Program-made: the position numbers and the translations under genes
Notes under the pieces: model-generated
The model's input: only the letters and a program-made list of their open reading frames with translations
Database searches by the model: none
Told to the model about the DNA's origin: nothing
Shown: piece after piece, positions 58,335 through 64,000 of the stretch
Numbering within the stretch: the first letter of the stretch is position 1
How the letters are laid out: every line of letters starts with the position of its first letter
NCBI GenBank assembly: GCA_044345405.1
Contig: JBIJBE010000010.1
Coordinates: 28,363 to 92,362 of the forward strand
DNA length: 64,000 nt
Source: Bdellovibrionota bacterium
GTDB taxonomy: Bacteria > Bdellovibrionota_C > UBA2361 > OMII01
Reading direction: 5' to 3'

Positions 58335-59690
58335 ATGAACCCAGCCACACAGTATTTCTCGAAACATCAGGACCGTTTTATCGCAGAGTGGAAGGAGTTT
58401 CTCTCTTTTCCGAGTGTGAGCACCGACCCCTCCTATGCCGCCGACTGCCTCGCGTGCGCGGATTGGGTAGCGACCCACCTCGTAAAGCTCGGTTTTCGCA
58501 CTGAGGTGTGGACCACCGCGACCAAGCCGTTGGTATATGGGGTACTCCCGGGAAATTCGGAAAAACCCACGGTTCTCTTCTACGGACACTACGATGTACA
58601 GCCACAGGAGCCCCTCGAATTGTGGAATTCCCCACCTTTTGAGCCAACGCTCCGTGATGGAAGGATGTTCGCGCGAGGGGCGCAGGATAATAAAGGGCAG
58701 GTCTTCTACTTCTTAAAGGCGATCGAGGCGTTGCGCGCGCAGGGGGCGGATCTTCCGACGATCAAAGTTTTGATAGAGGGAGAGGAGGAGAGCGGAAGTA
58801 TCGCGATGCACGCTGGATTGTCGCAGTGGCGTGAGCCTCTGGCGGCCGACATCCTCATGGTGTGTGACACCGGGATGGTTGCTCCTGGACGCCCCACGAT
58901 TACGATGGGTCTTCGAGGGATTATTGGGTGTGAGGTTCAGGTCCACGGTCCAGCTATCGATCTTCACTCAGGTATCTACGGAGGGATCATCCTCAACCCT
59001 ATTCACGCACTCACCAAGATCGTGAGCGGTATGTTTCATGACGATGGGTCGATCGCTATCCCTGGCTTCTACGATGGCGTTTTGGATCCGAGTCCGGAGG
59101 ACAAGGCGCTCGCGAACACGGCCCCGCTCGACCTTGAGGCGATAGCTCAAAAGCTTGGGGTGCCACTCGCTGGTGGTGAGCGGGCCTTGCCACCGATGGA
59201 GAGAAGGGGATTCCGCCCCACGATTGAGGTTAACGGGATCGGAGGGGGATACCAAGGCGTTGGGGGTAAAACCGTTATCCCGTCCTACGCGATGGCTAAG
59301 ATATCGAGTCGGCTTGTGGCTGGGCAGGATCCTGAGGCGACGCTCGCGAAGATTAAAAAGTATGTGCGCGACGCGGCCCCCGTGGGGTGTCGGGTGGAGT
59401 TTACCGCAGAGAAGGTGGGTGGACATGCCTTTCGACTCTCGACAAATTCGTCGGTTGTTAAAACGGCAACGGAGGCGATCCGTGGCTCCTTCGGATGTGA
59501 GCCGGTCTTTTTGTGGGAGGGCGCGAGCGTTCCCATTATACCGGACCTCGCCGCGACCTCCGGAGCGGAACCCCTTATGGTTGGTTTCGGACTCGAAGAG
59601 GACGCGATTCATTCGCCGAACGAGTCCTTCTCGTTGCGTCAGCTTGAGGAGGGGTATCGCTACACGGTATCGTTCTTCCAGACCTTATGA
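58335..59690 (+). CDS. M20 family dipeptidase
   Basis: YGHYDVQP, ARGAQDNKGQ, IEGEEESGS, DLHSG, IHSPNE. Confidence 0.95.
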   Translation: MNPATQYFSKHQDRFIAEWKEFLSFPSVSTDPSYAADCLACADWVATHLVKLGFRTEVWTTATKPLVYGVLPGNSEKPTVLFYGHYDVQPQEPLELWNSPPFEPTLRDGRMFARGAQDNKGQVFYFLKAIEALRAQGADLPTIKVLIEGEEESGSIAMHAGLSQWREPLAADILMVCDTGMVAPGRPTITMGLRGIIGCEVQVHGPAIDLHSGIYGGIILNPIHALTKIVSGMFHDDGSIAIPGFYDGVLDPSPEDKALANTAPLDLEAIAQKLGVPLAGGERALPPMERRGFRPTIEVNGIGGGYQGVGGKTVIPSYAMAKISSRLVAGQDPEATLAKIKKYVRDAAPVGCRVEFTAEKVGGHAFRLSTNSSVVKTATEAIRGSFGCEPVFLWEGASVPIIPDLAATSGAEPLMVGFGLEEDAIHSPNESFSLRQLEEGYRYTVSFFQTL

Positions 59691-60952
59691 CGCAAATTCC
59701 GTTAGCTGAAAAACTTCGACCTCAATCCCTTGAGGAGTTCTCAGGGCTGGATGCGCTCGATGCCGCGTTTGTTAAGCAATTGCGCGCTGGCTCTGGGCGA
59801 ATTCCCTCCGCGATCTTATGGGGGCCTCCTGGATGTGGAAAGACCACGCTCGCTAAGCTTATCGGGAAGCTCTATGACTGTGAGTTCGTTGAGCTCTCGG
59901 CGGTGCTCTCCGGTGTTAAGGACGTTCGAGAGGTTGTTGAGGCAGCCAAGGAGCGAGAGAAGCCGACCCTTCTTCTTGTGGACGAAATTCATCGTTTTAA
60001 CAAAGCGCAACAGGACGCGTTTCTTCCTCATGTTGAGGCCGGCACGATAGCGCTTGTCGGCGCCACGACGGAGAACCCCTCATTCTTTCTCACCGCGGCG
60101 CTCCTCTCCCGATGTCGCGTGGTCGTTCTTAAGCCTCTCTCGTCGCAAGCGCTGGAGCGGGTGTGTGAACGGGGAGAGGTTGAGCTCGGTGTCTCCCTAT
60201 CGGCTGAGGCGCGCGCGCTGTTTACTGAAGCGTGTGGTGGTGACGGACGCCGTCTTCTCAATCTTCTTGAATCGTGTCGTGACTCGCTCGGTGCCAAGAC
60301 CGGCGAGGCGATGAAGGATGAGGATGTACGGGGATTTCTCGCGAACGCCGGTGTTCTGTCGTACGACCGAGATGGCGAGGAGCATTACAATATCGCCTCC
60401 GCGTTCATAAAGAGCCTGAGAGGATCCGATCCCGACGCCTCGCTCTACTGGGGCTTTCGCATGTTGGAGGGTGGGGAGGACCCTCGTTTCCTGATTCGTC
60501 GACTCGTTATCTTCGCGAGCGAGGACATCGGTAACGCAGATCCTCGCGCGTTACAGGTCGCGGTCTCAACGCTCCAAGCTTTTGAGCTTGTGGGGCTTCC
60601 AGAGGGAAGGATTCCGATCGCGCAGTGCATCACTTATCTCGCTACCGCTCCGAAATCGAATCGAAGCTACGTCGCGCTCCACCGAGCGTTATCGGCCGTT
60701 AAGAGTAACCCAGGGGCCGCTGTGCCGAAGCACCTTCGTAACGCGCCGACGGGGCTCATGAAGGGATTGGGATACGGTGATGGCTACGTGTATCCCCACG
60801 ACCAACCATACGGATACGCGCCCGGTGTGGAGTACCTTCCGAACGTGATCTCAGGGCGCCCCTTTTATGAGCCAAGTGATCGCGGCAACGAAAAGACGAT
60901 CGGTGAGCGAATAGAGTGGCTCAAAAAGGTGTCATCGTCGCCGAGAGGGTGA
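59687..60952 (+). CDS. rarA: Replication-associated recombination protein A
   Basis: WGPPGCGKTT, DEIHRFNKAQQD, GATTENP, SEDIGNADP. Confidence 0.97.
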   Translation: MTQIPLAEKLRPQSLEEFSGLDALDAAFVKQLRAGSGRIPSAILWGPPGCGKTTLAKLIGKLYDCEFVELSAVLSGVKDVREVVEAAKEREKPTLLLVDEIHRFNKAQQDAFLPHVEAGTIALVGATTENPSFFLTAALLSRCRVVVLKPLSSQALERVCERGEVELGVSLSAEARALFTEACGGDGRRLLNLLESCRDSLGAKTGEAMKDEDVRGFLANAGVLSYDRDGEEHYNIASAFIKSLRGSDPDASLYWGFRMLEGGEDPRFLIRRLVIFASEDIGNADPRALQVAVSTLQAFELVGLPEGRIPIAQCITYLATAPKSNRSYVALHRALSAVKSNPGAAVPKHLRNAPTGLMKGLGYGDGYVYPHDQPYGYAPGVEYLPNVISGRPFYEPSDRGNEKTIGERIEWLKKVSSSPRG

Positions 60953-61516
60953 GGGCGCTCTGAAGCACGAATCCTCGTGGTCATTCACCATCCCGACAGC
61001 CTGCATGAACGCGTACATGATCGTAGAGCCTACAAAAGTGAAGCCGCGCTTTTTGAGATCTTTCGAGAGGGCATCGGACTCAGGGGATGTCACCCGATAA
61101 TTGTTTCGTGAGAGCGGTCCCGGAGTTCTGATTGATCGACCATCAACGAAGCTCCACAGATATTGGTCGAATGAGTCGCGCTCGTCGAGAAGCTTAAGTA
61201 CCGCCCGGGCGTTTTTTACGGTCCCCTCGATCTTCAGGCGATTACGGATTATCCCCTCGTTCGTCATGAGGCGTTCGATCTGACGAGGGGTGAACCGAGC
61301 CACCTTTTCGATCTCGAAGTCGGCGAAGGCAGCGCGGTATCCCGAGCGTCGTTTGAGGATCGTAAGCCAGCTCAAGCCCGCCTGCGCGCCCTCAAGGATG
61401 AGCATCTCGAAGAGCCTCTGATCATCATGCACCGGAACTCCCCACTCGTTGTCGTGGTAGTCGATGTAGAGGGGATCGTTGGAACACCAAAAGCAACGAG
61501 AGCGTGTGGATGGCAT
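60932..61516 (-). CDS. tag: DNA-3-methyladenine glycosylase I
   Basis: YHDNEWG, LEGAQAGLSW, IIRNRLKI, GMVNDH. Confidence 0.97.
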   Translation of the reverse strand: MPSTRSRCFWCSNDPLYIDYHDNEWGVPVHDDQRLFEMLILEGAQAGLSWLTILKRRSGYRAAFADFEIEKVARFTPRQIERLMTNEGIIRNRLKIEGTVKNARAVLKLLDERDSFDQYLWSFVDGRSIRTPGPLSRNNYRVTSPESDALSKDLKKRGFTFVGSTIMYAFMQAVGMVNDHEDSCFRAPSPSRRR

Positions 61517-61517
61517 C

Positions 61518-61958
61518 TTATCGCTCCAAGTTAATCGTTACCGGACCGTCGTTAACGAGGGAGACCATCATGTGCGCCCCGAACACGCCCGTAGCTACTT
61601 TTTTTATCGGAGTCTTTCGTAATGCCGCGACGAACTCATCGAAGAGCCGCGACGCCGCGGCGGGCTCGAGAGCTTGAAAGAATTCCGGTCGACGGCCCTT
61701 CGCGGTATCCGCGAAGAGGGTGAATTGAGAGATGGCGAGCGCCTCACCTCCGACCTCGATTATATCCTTGTCAAATGCTTTGGCCTCGTTCGCGAAGATA
61801 CGCATCTTCACGATCTTGTCGACCATGGGTTGAATACACTCCGAGGTGTCACCTTTACCGAATCCGACGAGGAGAACCATGCCGTGTTGAATTTCGCCAA
61901 CGACCTTGCCATCGACGGTGACCTGCGCTTGAGAGACTCTCTGGAGAACTACCTTCAT
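61518..61958 (-). CDS. dtd: D-aminoacyl-tRNA deacylase
   Basis: MKVVLQRV, SQFTL, FGAHM, NDGPVT. Confidence 0.97.
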   Translation of the reverse strand: MKVVLQRVSQAQVTVDGKVVGEIQHGMVLLVGFGKGDTSECIQPMVDKIVKMRIFANEAKAFDKDIIEVGGEALAISQFTLFADTAKGRRPEFFQALEPAAASRLFDEFVAALRKTPIKKVATGVFGAHMMVSLVNDGPVTINLER

Positions 61959-62037
61959 GTGGAGGGACGATAGCGCAGGTTGGGGTGGGGCTAAATATGG
62001 GTTTCTGTTAGTGGGGCTCGGGGTAGGAGTGGGCTGC

Positions 62038-62168
62038 CACGTGCACGTGCACGTGCTCGTAAACGTGAACGTAAACGTACCCGACACATCCATGATCGGG
62101 GTAGTCGCCTTACTCGGGCCACTTCTTTCGGGTACGTTTACGTTCACGACCACGTTCACGGGCACGGG
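62038..62168. repeat. Foldback element with ACG-hexamer inverted arms
   Basis: ...CGTAAACGTGAACGTAAACGTACCCGA / TCGGGTACGTTTACGTTCACG... Confidence 0.9.
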
Positions 62169-62255
62169 GGAGGGGGCGATATCTAGCGTTTTTAGGGGTA
62201 TACCCCGAGGCTCATTGAATAAACCCGAGTAATTACCTACGATAGGGCCACCCCT

Positions 62256-63740
62256 ATGTTAAAACAGAACTGGCGACTCATCTCTCGGTTAGAGCGGATC
62301 GGTGACAATGTCATCATCATCGCCGCGTTCTTCGCCGCGTATTACGGACGTGATTCCCTCATCTTCTGGAATGAGATCCTCGATCTCTCGCTTCCTTTCG
62401 CGGGCGAGATCCTCGCGCCGATAAAAGATTACGCCCTTGTGCTCCTGATCGGGGTGCTCGGATACGCGGTGATGCTCAACCTTTTGGGGGCGTACGGAAG
62501 TATGCGCCTCAGCTCGGTGTGGAGACTCTTTCGGGTTTCCTTCATGAGTGGTTGTGGCGTTTTCCTCATTCTCGCCGCGGCGCTCTATCTTTTGAAACTC
62601 GATATCAGCCGATCGTTTCTTGGACTCTTTATCATTTTAAGTTCTTGTGGACTTACCCTTGAGCGGTATCTTGTATTTAAGTTCTTGAGGTACTGGCGTC
62701 GTAAGGGGCGGAATTTCCGTAACGTCATCGTATGTGGCATCGGTGAGCAGGCGGTGCGGATCGCTCGGGAGCTCACGAGCCGTCCTGAACTCGGTATTCA
62801 CATTCGAGCCTTCGGCGATCTGCGACCTACCGACGCGCACCAAGCTGGGGCGATGCATCAGCTTCGTCTCGATCTCCGAGGGGTTGTTCAGGTTGGACGA
62901 ATTCTGGTAGGCCCGGACACGATCTCGAAGGCGTTAGAAGACTACGCCATCGACGAGGTCATCTTTACCGATGTCGTTGAGGTGATGCCGCAGGTCGAGG
63001 AGATGGTGTTGGTGTGCGCGGAGCAGGGGGTTCGAACGACGATCGCGGCTGATCTCTTCAGTATCGGACTTGTGAAGTCGGGCATTAGTTATTTCGGTGG
63101 AATGCCCCTCATCCACTTCCAAACCCCTCCGGGAGATTCCTGGGAACTGGTCGTCAAGCGCATGATCGATATCGGTGTGGCGGCGGTCGCGCTTGTGGTT
63201 CTCTCACCACTCTTTCTCTTGTTGGCGCTCGGTGTGAAGACATCCCCAGGAGAGATCCTCTTTCGACAGACCCGCGTAGGGCTAAATGGGCGCCTCTTTC
63301 AGATGCTTAAGTTTCGTTCGATGTATACGGGGGCCGAAGCCGCTCTCCAGCAACTCAGGGAGCGGAATGAGATGGAGGGGCCTACCTTCAAGATGAAGAA
63401 CGACCCCCGCGTAACCCCATTCGGTCGGTTTATGCGACGCTTTAGCCTCGATGAGTTGCCGCAGTTCTGGAACGTCCTGATCGGTGACATGAGCCTTGTA
63501 GGGCCCCGTCCTCCGATACCCGGGGAAGTTGGTCTCTATGAGCGTCGTTCTCGTCGACGACTCTCGATGCGGCCTGGTCTCACCTGTACGTGGCAGGTGA
63601 GTGGTCGAAACGAGATTAAGGATTTCGAATCGTGGGTGAAGCTGGACCTGCACTACATCGATAACTGGTCCCTCACGGGCGATCTTGTGCTTTTGCTTCG
63701 CACGATTCCGGCGGTGTTGCTGGGGACTGGGGCGAGGTAG
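62256..63740 (+). CDS. Priming sugar transferase (WcaJ/CpsE-like)
   Basis: KRMID, KFRSM, DPRVTPFG, SLDELPQF, GDMSLVGPRP, PGLTCTWQV. Confidence 0.96.
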   Translation: MLKQNWRLISRLERIGDNVIIIAAFFAAYYGRDSLIFWNEILDLSLPFAGEILAPIKDYALVLLIGVLGYAVMLNLLGAYGSMRLSSVWRLFRVSFMSGCGVFLILAAALYLLKLDISRSFLGLFIILSSCGLTLERYLVFKFLRYWRRKGRNFRNVIVCGIGEQAVRIARELTSRPELGIHIRAFGDLRPTDAHQAGAMHQLRLDLRGVVQVGRILVGPDTISKALEDYAIDEVIFTDVVEVMPQVEEMVLVCAEQGVRTTIAADLFSIGLVKSGISYFGGMPLIHFQTPPGDSWELVVKRMIDIGVAAVALVVLSPLFLLLALGVKTSPGEILFRQTRVGLNGRLFQMLKFRSMYTGAEAALQQLRERNEMEGPTFKMKNDPRVTPFGRFMRRFSLDELPQFWNVLIGDMSLVGPRPPIPGEVGLYERRSRRRLSMRPGLTCTWQVSGRNEIKDFESWVKLDLHYIDNWSLTGDLVLLLRTIPAVLLGTGAR

Positions 63741-63758
63741 AGGCTGCGTTATTGATCC

Positions 63759-64000
63759 GGGAGGGCGGTCATTCCTGACCGCCGTGTTGGAATCCGCGGT
63801 GAAGGTCATTTTCGATACGCGACATTTTCGGCGAGCAGGAATGCTCGCCCTCCCAATGTGGGAGCCGTGAGCCCGGAGGGCGGTCATTCCTGACCGCCGT
63901 GTTGGAATCCGCGGTGAAGGTCATTTTCGATACGCGACATTTTCGGCGAGCAGAAATGCTCGCCCTCCCAATGCGCGACCCGTGAGCTCGGAGGGCGGTC
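63759..64000. repeat. Tandem REPIN array, 115-bp unit (runs off the right edge)
   Basis: GGAGGGCGGTC at 63760, 63875 and 63990. Confidence 0.95.

Noticed and set aside
61959-62165. N-terminal extension of Dtd in the ORF track
   Set aside because: It derives from the hexamer repeat; the canonical start MKVVLQRV is at 61958.

Overview
A 64-kb chromosomal window from a moderately GC-rich Gram-negative bacterium; gene style suggests a delta-proteobacterial or Bdellovibrionota-like lineage (inference). It is mostly core and envelope genes: gap-tpiA, tolQRAB-pal-cpoB-ribF-rluD-pgeF, a porin/FMN-binding/membrane/ApbE flavinylation operon, a photolyase, an HD-hydrolase/Crp pair, a polyprenyl synthase, tRNA-Glu, queG, a lipid A acyltransferase, nucleotide-sugar enzymes, a gspC-J type II secretion operon, bamD, panC, a mucin-like protein facing a PMT-family mannosyltransferase, dxs, a second pal, rarA, tag, dtd and a priming glycosyltransferase. 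I saw no transposase, integrase, prophage or CRISPR array. The most unusual signals are non-coding: (1) a conserved structured 5' leader in front of two diverged secreted Pro-rich genes; (2) two further multi-helix RNA candidates, one before pal and one before an uncalled 44-aa ORF; (3) two unrelated intergenic palindromic repeat families, a REP/REPIN family with covarying stems and a hexamer-armed foldback element. All structures and alignments were read by eye, not computed.
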